NCBI RefSeq assembly: GCF_016432865.1
Contig: NC_067399.1
Location: 330,460,001 to 330,524,000 of the forward strand
Origin: Antechinus flavipes
Taxonomy: Eukaryota
DNA length: 64,000 nucleotides
Direction of reading: 5' to 3'
Below the pieces are notes generated by a model. That model worked only from the letters and a program-made list of their open reading frames with translations, was not told the DNA's origin and did no database searches. Positions 51,160-63,479 of the stretch are shown here, one piece after another. How positions within the stretch are numbered: the first letter of the stretch is position 1; each line of letters opens with the position of its first letter. The position numbers and the translations under genes are program-made.

Positions 51160-51680
51160 ATCTTGGTTCTTCACATTTTTCTATGCATTAGTTTATGTAT
51201 CTCAGAATTTATCATGTGTAAATGTATCCTATCATGTGTAACACAGATCACATATATATACACATATGTATCCATATGCATCATAATACCTTTAAGTGTA
51301 CATATTATATATGTATATACATCTATACCTACATTTATCTGTGTATATAAAGTTCCTATCGGGCTTCCTTGAAGCACATACCAAACAGTAGGATCTCTGA
51401 ATCAAAGGTTATGGAATTTTTACTCACTCTAAAACATAGTTTCACATTGCTTTCCAGAACAGTTGAATAAATGCATGATGTCATCAAGACTGTATTAGTG
51501 TAATTGTCTTTCCATAGCTTTTCCAAAAATGACTACTGTCAAAACTTGTCAATTTGTTAGGTATCAGGTAAAAATTTCAGGTTTCTTTAATTTGTATTTC
51601 TCTTATGTGATATGGAAAACTTTTGTATATGATTATTAATAAATTGTGGTTCTTATTTGGAAAACTGTTCATGGTTGTTG
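51160..51680 (-). mobile_element. Old L1 ORF2 3' fragment
   Basis: gtaggatctctgaatcaaaggttatg...cacattgctttccagaacagttg...tttctttaatttgtatttctc. Confidence 0.65.
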
Positions 51681-52481
51681 GGTTTTTGTTGTTGTTGTTG
51701 TTCTCTTCAAGGTACAGCTTCTTTTAAAAAGTCTTTCCTTTTCCTTCCTGTCATTACTCCTTGGTTGTAGGGACAGCTAAACTAACCAACTTAGTGCATT
51801 CCAAAATACCTGTCTTGTAGCTGTCATAGTTACTGTTTTTCATAATGAAACCAGGATATATTTGCTTTTTAAGGTATAGCTGCAAATGCTCTGTTTCCTT
51901 TGGGACTGTAAATGAATTGATGCTATTTACTAGAAAATTTATATATATACATACACATTTATATATAACTATAATAGAGTTGAGGATCCTTTCTCCTATT
52001 GTTCAGGCCTCTGGAACTTTTTTTTTTCCCCAGAGAACCTTAGCATTCATAAAGAGAAATCACTAGAGAAAACTCAAATTCCTTAAAGCCAGGCTCAATT
52101 GTCCTTTCATTAAAGAAAATGCCTCAGGGCCATTTCCTTTGGATGTGATTAAAGCTATTTAAAGATTAAAAAAAAACTCATTAGGATATTCTATTAGGAG
52201 TTCATTTCCTACTGAGAATTCATTTTACTGCTAGTACAATTTGTAGCTAGTTCTTACAATCATAAATTGCCCAAAACATTATGAAAAGGGAATCTCACCA
52301 TTAGTAAATTGTTGATTTTTTTTTTAAATAACAATTTGTTGCAAGAAAAGTGAGAGTCATACTCTCTAATCAGTGAGTGCCTTAGAATCCTGGCAAAACA
52401 GGAAATGTAAACATTATTTAGATATGTCAGAGTGATGAGGTCAAATGACCAATTCCTAATTAAAAAAAAAACAACAAACCT

Positions 52482-53293
52482 TATGGCAAGTTCCCAATGG
52501 CCATTCTCTTTGCCAAAAGGTAAGTTTATTTAGGATAAGAGATTACAGACAAAATAAAAGGTAAAATAGGCACTAGGAGTGACAAATATGAAATAGATTT
52601 GGGAAAGCAATAGGATTATCAAGGAAAGGAATTTGAAAGAATCCACTAAAGGAACATACCATGAAGTGTGAGTACACCATTGACTGGCAGGTTAGATCCA
52701 TAAAGAAATTTAGCAGACTAACCAGAATTAGCTAGAGAAAAACAACATTAAGGGAAGACACTAAAAGGGGGAGAGAGAGTGCCTCATAATGTCTTAGTCC
52801 TAGAAAGAATTTAGCAAAGATCTTCATTACGATCAGATCTTTTATAGGGGAAATATAGGCTTGAGGGTTTCACGGAGAAACCGGGGAAGTAAAGGCAGAA
52901 TCTCTGAGGGAGGAATCAAGGAGGAAGGGAAATGCCAGGGAGTTCAGAGGGGATCAAAAAGGAGCTAGATGGAATACTTGGTAGACCAGGTCTCAGATCT
53001 CCCTAAAGATATGCTAATCAATACCTCAAAGGATGTTTAAAGATGCCCGGAGTTTGGGAGATAGACAATGGAGGCTTGATAAAGAGTTCCTTCCTCACAA
53101 TCACTCTATACAAAAGGGATAGCCAGGGACTTGGTTATACCTGATACTAGATAGATGGGCTTCTTCCTGAGAGGGGAAGAGGGCAAATCCAAATCAAGAG
53201 GTGGGAATATTTCTGTAGATTGGCTCCTGTCTAGGGGATTTCCCTCCCAAAAAGAACTCCAGTTCTGAATATGAGTATAAGGCAAGGTACACA
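52482..53293 (-). mobile_element. Solo ERV LTR (~810 bp)
   Basis: Ends t(a)tgg...caca; minus-strand TATAAAA (~52841-52847) and AATAAA (~52526-52531); homologous to the 41138 LTR. Confidence 0.7.
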
Positions 53294-53339
53294 CTTAAAC
53301 TGATTTACTATTATAGATCATAATTAGTATAATATAAAT

Positions 53340-53590
53340 ATCTAGGTGATGAAGTGGATAGACTGCCAGGCTTGGAGTCAGGAAGACTCCTTCTCCTGAG
53401 TTCAAACCTAGCCTCAGCTAATTTACTAGCTGTTTGACCCTGGGCAAGTCACTTAAACCTATTCGTTTCCTATTCTGTAAAATGAACTGGAGAAGGAAAT
53501 GACAAACTATTACAATCATCTTTGCCAAGAAAATTCCAAATGGGTTTATGAAGGATTGGACATGACTGAAATGACCAGACAACAATGAAG
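53340..53590 (+). mobile_element. Mar1-type SINE
   Basis: ggtgatgaagtggatagactgccaggcttggagtcaggaagac...tttgccaagaaaattccaaatggg...aaatgaccagacaacaa. Confidence 0.85.
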
Positions 53591-54039
53591 TATATTGTAA
53601 ATATCAATTAGACTCATACTTCTTAATTGATGAATTCAATACCTTCAACACATTATTCTAAAAATAAACTTCAACCAAATTGCTTGGAGGTTCTCATAAA
53701 GTTTCTCATAAGGTTCCTTCTCTGACCAACCATGAGCCTGTGGATCTCCCTGAGAGGGAGCATTTTTCCAAGTCTAGGTCATATACGCTCTGTTCGCCAT
53801 CCAACATGGAATGCTCTGATCTCCAAGTGGAAGGAACATGGGATCTCTCATGAGAGGAATATACTGATAGTTAGGGTCTCCAATGGGTTTTTATGTTTTT
53901 GGCCAGAGTCTTAGAGATGGCATCTGAGTTCAGGTGGATGATCAATGGCCTAAGCTTATAATGAAAGGAAACTATCAATAATCAGCAAATGTTTATCAAG
54001 AATTTATCGGATACAAGACTCAAACACATGTACTTAGTA

Positions 54040-55720
54040 GTTGTTTACCAAATTCAGGCGACAAAAATGGTTGCCTTATTCTTGTTATGCTTGCTCAAAT
54101 TCTTGTTATTATAGAAAAAAATGGAATTCATTTGTATTTATTTGGTCTAATTGGTATTTACAATGTAAATTTTTTTGTTGTTCAGTTATATTCTATTACA
54201 TTCATATACAACAATTTGTTTAGCTATTCAGTAGTCAATTGGCATCTACTTATCTTTGTACTCTGGTAATTCACTTAGTTTTTCTTTTATGAATTTAGAT
54301 ACTAAGGCATTTAGCATATATAAGGTAAATATTAATATTGGTTTGTTATCTAAGTTACTTTCAACATAGATTTCTCATATAATATAATATTCCCTTTAAA
54401 TGTTGTGATTGTTTATTTTTTACTTTCTCTAATAGCATTAATGCAACTCCTGCTTTTTTGGATTCACCTAATGCAGGGTACATTTTCTTAAAATCTCTAA
54501 TCTTTATTCTATATATGTCTTTGCTTTCTAAATTTATTTTTTTTATAAGCAATAGATTGTGTAATTTTGTTTTCTAGTAATCTTTTTCTTTTATTAGATT
54601 GTTTAATCCACTCATACTTAAAGTTATGAGTATACTTTTTTCATTTGTGTCTTCTACTCTTTTTCTGAATTAATAATTACTTTATTGTTATTGAATTATT
54701 TAATAACTGAATAGTTACTGAATTAATTACTTTGTCTCTTCAGTTATGTTTATTTAACCTACTTTAAGTTTATTATACTATACTTTCATTTTTTATTCCC
54801 CTCGCTCTCAAATTTTTCCTTCCCATTTGTCATCCTTTTCACCTTTTAGGCAAGTAAATAAAATCTCCTTTCTCCTGATCTTCAAAACTTGTTTTGTTTA
54901 TTAATTTCCCCCCATCATTTTTTATGAATTTTTCTAAAAGGAATTTCTTTTCCTCATTCTCTTCATTAGTTTTTCCCCCCATCCTAGACTTTTATTCTTT
55001 CTTTAGCCTCTGTATTTCTCCTTGAATTAAATTTTCTAAAGCACATTTATGTTATTTCATAGTAGATATTTTCCCTTTCCTCTCTTATTTCCTTCTATTA
55101 TAATGCCTCATTCTTAGAAGTATCACTTTCTACAGGAGACAGAGAGAACAGGGTTATTTCCCTTATAGTAGAAAATTTCCTGGTTCCCTTACTATGTGGT
55201 TAATTGCTATCCCCTGACTTCTACATGACTGTTTCTTCTTCTCCTCCCTTCCTCCACCCCCCCCCCCCATCCTTCCTCATTTTTCTTGAGCTCTTCTCTG
55301 TGGATCTATGCTTTCCAACTCTTCTGAATGTGTGTTGTCCCTGAGAGCTCTAATTCCCTTTCTTTCAAGGGAGTTGCTATCCCTGGAGGCATAACAGTCT
55401 CTTAGAAGCAATCCTCTAAGTATTAAATCCTGGAGGATTATACATATCTAAGGTCCTCATCTGCAGAATCGCTTTCCCTTTTGTGAGTGCTCTTCACTAG
55501 TACCAGTTGCCAACATTTCCCTTTCTTTCCTCCTGTTTCACTTGGAAATAATGTGGTATGTGGAATAAGATTCTCATTTAAATGTATTCTTTTACCAAAT
55601 TTTTCCGTTTGTTCCAGGAATTCTCGTCAAATGGAGGGTTCCTTCTCCAAACAGTTTGTGCTCCTGAGTCTGCCTAACACCAAGTGACTGATTTCATTGT
55701 TTCTGGGTTACGTTTATCTT
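54040..55720 (-). mobile_element. Old L1 5' portion (ORF1 end, spacer, endonuclease domain)
   Basis: Minus ORF ...SKDIYRIKIRDFKKMYPALGESKKAGVALML matches L1 EN (...KKAGVAILI); ORF2 start LITLSMSGLNNLIK near 54630. Confidence 0.8.
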
Positions 55721-55721
55721 T

Positions 55722-55969
55722 TTTGTTGTGAATGTCCAGTCATTTCAGTCATATCCAACTCTTTATCACTCCATTTGAGATTTTCTTGGTGAAGGTGCTG
55801 AAATAGTTTGCCATTTCCTTCTCCAATTCATCTTACAGATTAGGAAACTGAGGCAAACAGGGTTAATTTGACTTGCCCAGAGTCACATGTTTAGTAAATA
55901 TCTGAGGTCAAATTTGAACTCAGGTCTTCCAGAGTCCCATACTCTAATTATTGTGCTACTTAGCTGCCC
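55722..55969 (-). mobile_element. Mar1-type SINE
   Basis: ttgttgtgaatgtccagtcatttcagtcatatccaactc...ggaaactgaggcaaacagggtt...tagctgccc. Confidence 0.85.
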
Positions 55970-57059
55970 TTGCTTATCTGGTCTATTCTAATATATTCTA
56001 CTTTAAACTTTTTAAACCAGTGTAAAATATTTTTAACGATTACTGCCTTATAAGTAGTTTGAGATCAGAAAGTGCTTGTGACATGTGTGTACATGTGTAT
56101 ATTTCCCACACATAATTTATATCAGTAGTCACTGAAACAGCTTTTCAATGATGTTTTACACTATACTCTACATATTACATGTTTAGTTGATTTCTACTTT
56201 TCTGTGAATGGCAACCTCAAATAATAACCCAGGATGCTAGAATGATTAATAATTTTTATTTTGTTAAATGCTGGTGTTTATTTTGATGTTTATTTGGGCG
56301 CCAAATGTGTTGTAGATAATTTTGCAAGGAACTTAAAAATTTCTGACACTGGGAGGAATGTTTCATTCTTAGTCTTGCCAAGAAGATTTGGTTCCCAGAG
56401 ATGTAAATTGGACTGGTCAAAATGTAAATCCCCATTATTCCCTTTCCTGACACCACCACAGACATGCTTGGCTGATAAATTAACTTTCATTTCATGATGC
56501 AAAAAAAAGAGAAGACTCTATAGTCTGACCTGATAGATATTATATACAGGTGAAAGCTAGCATGGGTTCCTATATAGGCAGACAGTGTTCACCATCATGC
56601 TAAAAAACCATTCTTGGGAGACTGCTGTGGATCACGGGGATTAGTGGGACCTGGTGGTGAAAATAAGAGAAATCAGAAAATGGAGAAGTAAGGTCATTGT
56701 TGGAGACATGGCTGTTGCTGTAGATAAAATACAGGAGGAATGAATGCCAGGACACCAAAAAAAGGATTATATGACTGAACTATGAAAGAACCACACCATG
56801 CAAGTACTGAGTCACTGACACTGTTCAGATATTCATGAAATCAGAGTTCATGATTCCTCACTTTTCTATTCTTTTTCCTTCCCCAGCCCTTCTTCAACCT
56901 CTGTTTCTGAAGCATTTGTTTAATTTCTGTTTTTTTTTTTTTTAAGTTAATTCTCTTCCTCTAGGGTAAATGGGGTTTATCAATGTATTACTGATTTCAG
57001 TGGTGTACAGATGTAGCCAAAAAAGAAGCAAAAGGACAGTGGAATCGAGACAGTTGGAT

Positions 57060-57490
57060 TAACAAATGGGTATAATCAGACAGAGAAGAAGCGATAGAGA
57101 GAAAAGAAGAGAAGATAGCAGACAAAGAGAAACAGAGATAGTCTGAAGGGGAAAAAAAAGAAACAAAGAGAGACAGGGAAGGAGAGAAAGAACCAAAGAA
57201 AGACAGAAAAATCCAGAGACACAGCCAGAAACATAAAAAGACATAGAGACAATAAGTGACACAGAGAAATACAGAAACAGAGAGACCCAGAGTGATACAA
57301 AGATACACACAGAAAGGCACACAGACACAGAAAAAGAGAAAGAGACACAGTAAGACAGGGAAACAGAGAGAAAGATACAGAAAAACAGAAGTACACAGAT
57401 TCATCGAGAGTCTCATATAAAAACACAAACATATTTATTTATATTTGGATGACACAGAGAGACAGACCCATGAAGACACAAAGAGACATA
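57060..57490. repeat. Degenerate (GA/GACA)-rich polypurine tract
   Basis: Visible directly; source of the F/L/S/C/V-rich minus-strand ORFs at 56997-57432. Confidence 0.9.
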
Positions 57491-57682
57491 CATACTTACA
57501 ACAGGCGAGAAAGACATGCAGAAATCTGCTGGGACCTTTTCCTGGAATGAGGGTTTAGGGTTGAACCAAAGGGAACTTTTTATTCATATTTTATAACTAC
57601 AAAATATAAAACTGGGATCCATAACATCTAGACAAATGAGTCAGAAGTTTTGTTTGAGATAAGTTCAAAAAATGAGGAGAGG

Positions 57683-58016
57683 AGCAAAAGAACTCTGGGA
57701 AATGAGTGTGAACCACAGCACAGTGAATAATCCCTCATTTTTGTCTGCTTGCATTTTTGATTTCCTTCTCAGGTTAATTTTGCCTTATTTCTAAGTCCGA
57801 TCATTCTTGTGCAGCAAAATAACTGTATGGATATATATACATATATTTTATTTAACATATACTTTAATATATTTATTATGTATGGGGTCTACCTGCCATC
57901 TGGGGGAGGGGAGGGGGGGAAGAAGGGGAAAAGTTGGAACAGAAGGTTTTGCAAGGGTCAATGCTGAAAAATTACCTGTACATATAGCTTGTAAATAAAA
58001 AGCTATAATAATTTTT
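57683..58016 (+). mobile_element. L1 3' end with 14-bp TSD
   Basis: TSD aaaatgagga(g/a)agg at 57669-57682 and 58017-58030. Confidence 0.88.
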
Positions 58017-58116
58017 AAAATGAGGAAAGGATCTGGGGAAAATCAGCACTGACTACATGAAAATTGTCCATTCCTCTTCATCAACACAACTCTTTCTCCC
58101 TTTCCACCTACCCCCA

Positions 58117-58185
58117 AACACACACACACATATTCACACACACACATATATACATACTTACACACACATTTACACACACACACAC
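58117..58185. repeat. Imperfect (CA)n microsatellite
   Basis: Visible directly. Confidence 0.9.
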
Positions 58186-58689
58186 TACTGCTAGACACCA
58201 TTATACCAAGTGATTTTGGAGAATTGAAGATAAAGAATACAAAAAGAAGGTTTGGCTATTCATAACAACTTAAATTTCCAAACAGTCCTAGTGCCTTCCT
58301 ACTCATGAAGCCACAAATGGAGTGATGGCTGGCTATGTGGAATTTGATGACACTCTAAATATAGGGTTTGTATAGTAATACATAAAATGTTAATCTGAGA
58401 CATCTCATGGAAAATGCTATATAAGTCTCAGATCCCCTAAGGCACCTATGAAAACCTGTGATTGTTAAAAACCACAAAAACGGAAAGGATTACTTATTGA
58501 GACAATTCTTTCTTACTTAATGAACCTATTTGATCTCTGGTTAAGCATTTTTAATTTTTAAATGAAGTCCACTTGACATGCAAGGTACAATGATCAAATA
58601 ATGAGACTATTAAACCACTATCAAATACCTAGAACTTATAACATTCAAATAAATATTGTACATTGAAGTAACCACTGCCACAGACTACT

Positions 58690-58900
58690 TATTCCAGTCC
58701 TAGAGGCAGGAAGACATAAATTCAAATCTAGCCTTAGATACTTACCAGCTATGACCTGAATATATCATTTAACTTTTGTTTGTCTCAGTTTCTTCAACTC
58801 TAAAAGGAATAATAATAGCACCTGCTGTTAATTAAACTAATATTTATAAAATGCTTAGTAAAGTACCTGACACCTAATAGATCCATATAAAAGCTTTTCC
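58690..58900 (+). mobile_element. MIR SINE
   Basis: ggaagacataaattcaaatctagcc...tctcagtttcttcaac...aataataatagcacc...aaatgcttagtaaagtacctgacac. Confidence 0.75.
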
Positions 58901-59295
58901 CTCACTCCTAATCCATAGTGGTACCATTGCTCAAAACATTTAACATTTTCTTTTTGGAAGTGTATTCACAAGGAGTTTACAAGATGGATTAATAAAAGAA
59001 GGCTTGTTGCTTTTTAACTTTTCTTTCCTAAAATAGTATTGCCCAGCTTGATCTCTGAATGATTTCCAAAAATCAAATTCAACTTGAAGAATGGGCATTT
59101 TCTAAGTAGAGAAAAAGAATATATCAACAATTCTAAAATGAATTCCCCAAATGGAATAACTCCCAAAATGTTTGAGCAGAACACATAGCTAAAATTAATA
59201 GATCATTATTTAAGAGGAAACCCTCTGAAAGAGAAAGCATATATTTGCATTTAGAGTATTAGTATGTTGGACTATTGTTATTATATAAATTATTT

Positions 59296-59385
59296 GTGTC
59301 TGACCTATGATAGAGCCTTCCAAACTCATATTGGTCTGATCAAGCCCAGTTGAACATGCTGTATCTTGACCCTTTCATAGTGATT
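59296..59385 (+). mobile_element. RTE 3' terminal fragment
   Basis: tgtgtctgacctatgatagagccttccaaactcatattggtctgatc. Confidence 0.65.
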
Positions 59386-59649
59386 TGTTTTTATATATCT
59401 CTTTGAGAACAAAGGACAACAACCAACCAACCATCTGATATCTTGAATTTTTAAAAAAATCTAATCATATAATTATAGTCATAACTTGTATTTGCACAGG
59501 TTTTTTGGACAGCTTCCTTCCTCACAAATATTTGGTAGCTTGCTACTGCATATAAAATCAAATATGAACTCCTCACCCAAGCATTTTAATGCCCTCTATA
59601 ATCTGACTTCAATCTGCCTTTCTAGTCTTATTTCATATCACTTCCCTTT

Positions 59650-59900
59650 GTTTTTTTAAAAAGCTTTTTATTTTCAAAACATATACATGGATAATTTTTC
59701 AACACTGACTCTTGCATAGCCTTGTGTTTCAGATTTTTTCCTTCCCCCCCACCCCTTCCCCTGATGAGTAAGAAAACAAAATGCTATTGAACAACTACAA
59801 AAAGAGTGAGAACATTATGTTGTGATCCACACTCAGCTCCCACTGATCTCTCTCTCTGTGGGTGTAGATGGCTCTCTCCATCACAAGATCATTGGCACTG
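59650..59900 (-). mobile_element. Short, internally deleted L1 3' end inserted in L2
   Basis: L1 3'UTR pieces; approximate TSD tatcact(t)cccttt on both sides. Confidence 0.75.
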
Positions 59901-60098
59901 GCATTATCACTCCCTTTTATACACTATATTTCAGCCAAACCAAGCTACTACTTGCTCCCAGAATTCATCATGTCATTTCCTACCCTCATACATAAAGAGA
60001 AATCATCATCTAAGCCTAGATTTTACTTTTTTTTATCTCTACCCTTCAAAATCTTCTTTGACAATAGATGTCATTAAATAAAAAATTTTAAAGTTTTG

Positions 60099-60439
60099 TG
60101 TAGTGTCCAGATTAGCTCTCTGGAGGATCTTGTCACCAGACTTGGTCTTCGTGGAGAAGTGAAGTAGGCAGGAGAGCCACCAGGAGGATGGTCAAAGATG
60201 GAATGTCGCTATTTGGGGTTCTCTCAGCCCTTAAATACCCAATTACAATTACATCATTACAGCATACTGAATATATGTAAACTAGAGAACCATTACATCA
60301 TCATACCAAGTACTAAGTACATATAAACTAGAGAACTATCATTTCATCAATCCCACTGAGTTAACACCTTGTTGTAAGTATCCCTTGTTGTAAGTATCCT
60401 TGTTTCAAGTATACTTCTCCAGAGTTCCAGACCTCTACC
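60099..60439 (-). mobile_element. Young solo LTR with 6-bp TSD (class II/ERV2-like)
   Basis: TGTAG...CTAC(C) ends; TSD gttttg at 60093-60098 and 60440-60445; minus-strand TATTTAA; tandem repeats in U3. Confidence 0.8.
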
Positions 60440-60459
60440 GTTTTGGAGGAGGGCAATAA

Positions 60460-60870
60460 AGGTAAGTCATGGGGTAAGAAGAGTTCAGTTTTGTCTACGT
60501 TAAATCTGAGATGTGAATGAGACATTCAGATCACATTTTCTAAGGCAATTGGAAATCTAGGACTGGAGGTTGTGGCAGAGATTGGGAGTTGAAATAAAGT
60601 ATCTTTTGCATAAAGGTGATATAGATTGGGTAAATCATCAAAGTAGGAAATACAGAGTTGAGAAAAGGGACAAGAATAGAAATTTGGTGGATACACATAT
60701 TTAAGGTAATTTTAGGCTGAGGAACAAACAAGTAAGAAAAGGAATGGTCAAAGAGGTAGGAGGAGAACCATTATGCAAAATAATGGGGGGGGTATTAAAA
60801 GGGAAAGGATGGTTCAGTGTCAAATGTTACAAAGCTCAAGGATAAGGACAAAAAGAAGCCATCAATTTAG
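60460..60870 (-). mobile_element. L2 fragment
   Basis: gagttcagttttgtctacg...ggcaattggaaatctaggactggagg...gtgtcaaatgttacaaag. Confidence 0.65.
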
Positions 60871-62069
60871 AGAATTAATTTAGTGAGTTAATGAAAATTT
60901 AATGATAATCTCTAATAGTTCATTATGGTCAAAAAGCATGGATCTCTTAAGCAAAAGAAAAGAAAATAAAAAGTTTGCATTCATTATGATTGCTTTGCTA
61001 GTGATTATAACACTTTGAAAATATTAAACATATAATGTACTACATTACATTGCCAATGACAATTAACTATATCTAAATTTCTATTTTTTTCTAATCAAAT
61101 GATAATTATATGCTATATGATAATCAGGGGTGTCAGTGAACAAAATGAACTAAAGTAGAAATCAGCCCTGTTCATATTACTATATTGAATAACATATGTT
61201 TATAATCTTAGAGTTAATCCTTCAAATAATGTAACAAATAATAATGTAATCAATTGGTGTCCTTACAGAAGTCTTGGCTTAGGTTTGTTTGTTTGGTTTT
61301 TTTTTTTTTAACAGATTCCTCCAAAGAAGATTCCAATCTTATGAAGCAGAATATGTTTGACAAAAATGTTTGCTGCTATCATGAAAGTTCCTCTCTTTTT
61401 AGGATTTTTTGTGTATAATTTTCCCTCAAAAGAAGTTGAACAGTCAATTTACTTAGGAAAAACCAAATAAATGAAGATTCCCTATTGCTCAAATTAGGTC
61501 TAATGCAGCTTGATAAGCAATCCAGTAAGTTACTATGTCAACACATATATTTAAACAGACATTAAAAATGGACAGTAAATTAGGTTCAGTATTGTGAATT
61601 GCTTTAAGTTTGAGGTGGATTGCATATTTCAAATTGTATATACAGCCCTTTCAATAGTCTCAAACTACCTACGGACATCAACAATGAAATACCACTTTTC
61701 TTTCTTTTAGTTCTGATCTCTGAGGTAACTTATAATTCTAACTACATAATCCAATGATTCTACAATTTTTTGAATTTTTATGGGATTGCGTGGATAAAAT
61801 TCTACAAAATGAGTTGCGGGTTTCTATCAAAGAATATGGAGCCACTGAAATGTGAAGAAAGGAAGAAGGCTATTTGAAGTCCTACTTTTGGAAATTTGAC
61901 CTGTATCCTCTCTATCAAGTGATTTCATATCATGTAACAACAATTTCCAAAGAATTCAAATTGTGAATGACTCAAAGGACCATGAAAATTCTCATGAAAA
62001 TGCTAGACATAAGTAGGTTAGGACATATTACCAATGACAACTTAAAGGCAAGAAGAAATATAAAGTGTA

Positions 62070-62240
62070 TCATCCAAGAAGCATATGAGTAGAAAGAGAG
62101 TGGGAATGGTCATGTTGTAATAGTGAAGGATGGCAGGTGACTAGACTGGGAACAACACTGAAATTCAAAGAATGTTAAAAGTCCTTGAGAAAGAACTCCA
62201 ATATCACTGGGGAGATCACTACCACAAGAATCAGTGTGAT
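62070..62240 (+). mobile_element. RTE-derived 3' fragment
   Basis: catccaagaagcatatgagtagaaagagagtgggaatggtcatgttg...aatgttaaaag...gaactccaatatcactgggg. Confidence 0.5.
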
Positions 62241-63053
62241 ACTATGAAAAATGTGTGGGATTTTTTTTTTTGAGTTACAGGGTCTGGGTTCAATTCCAGT
62301 TCAGCCACTTTTGGTTTCTGTGACCTTGGGCAAGACAGATGTCTTGGATTTCAGTGTCTATTAGAAATTGAGGGATTCTGAGAATTCTGACATTCTGAAA
62401 GAAAATATAGTCAGTCAGTAATTGTTTTATTTCAAAGGGGCCCTCTTCACATTATTTGCAAATCTTTTGAGAGAAGAAGACAATCCCATCAGGAAGATGA
62501 ACCCAAGCTCTGGCCTGATTTGTTAGAAAACAGATCTGGAAGATTTACCAATGAAGAACCAAGGTTTAATAAAATACCTATTTAGCAGCCCCACAAATTG
62601 CATGATGAATGGACATTTTAAGTTTCAGTTTCCTAGGAATATATATTAGGTGGTTATATTAATTCTGTTGGTTGTGTAAGTTTTTCTGATAATGTATAGT
62701 TGTGGTTCTTGTGCATGTTAAGTATTTCTTTTGCATAAAAGAAATAATAGCTGTCCCATACCTTATCTAAATTATACACTGAGTAACTTTCTTCTCCTTC
62801 CCTTGTTTTAGAAAGACTCTAGACATGAGCCCAAACCTAAGCTTTAAATAATTTTTTCCCTAGATCTCTAAGGTGGTCACTCAAAGAGCCAAAGTGTAGA
62901 GGGGAAAAAAAAGTAATTCTTCTTTAGGTGACTGGGCTCCCCAGGATCTGAACCTAATAGGGGTCCAGAACCAATAGGAGTCCCTTGACCAGGGAGACAA
63001 TACAATATCCCAGACTCTCATCCTTGCTTTATAATATTTATTATTATTAATAA

Positions 63054-63198
63054 AAATAATGAATCCCCTGTGGTGGAATATTAAAATTTATGTTTCATAT
63101 TTCTATTGAGCATTTACCAGTGATCATATTTTATGTCATTATAAAATTATAACTACTTCAATTCAATATATATGACCACTTCAGGGGATTCATTATTT
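63054..63198. repeat. Perfect 17-bp inverted repeat enclosing 111 bp (MITE- or hairpin-like, family not recognised)
   Basis: aaataatgaatcccctg (63054-63070) and caggggattcattattt (63182-63198). Confidence 0.85.
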
Positions 63199-63479
63199 AT
63201 TCTCATTGGGACCTAGTTGTATTGTTGCATGGATATTGTGTCTTTGGTCACCCCAGAGAGTATCCAGTCATTGTCATTAATAAACAATGTCTATGGCTCC
63301 TTTCTGATTTGTTAAAGAAACTTCTTACCTTTTAAAGGAATCATCTAAGAATGGCTTATGTTTCTAGCTAATTCAGTACCTCATTATCAGGCCCCTTTTC
63401 TGTAATTAGGTGCAAGCCTTTCAAAGACCAACTTCTCAGATAGGAAATAAATATAAGGAAATTAAGGGGTGTGGAGGAA

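Noticed and set aside
41138-53293. Two related same-orientation LTRs as the ends of one provirus
   Set aside because: They are quite divergent, and the 10.6 kb between them holds older L2/MIR elements and no gag/pol; better read as independent solo LTRs
53732-53914. ORF containing ISKWKEHG, reminiscent of the Tc1 transposase N-terminus
   Set aside because: Only 6-7 matching residues, no TIRs and no DDE domain nearby
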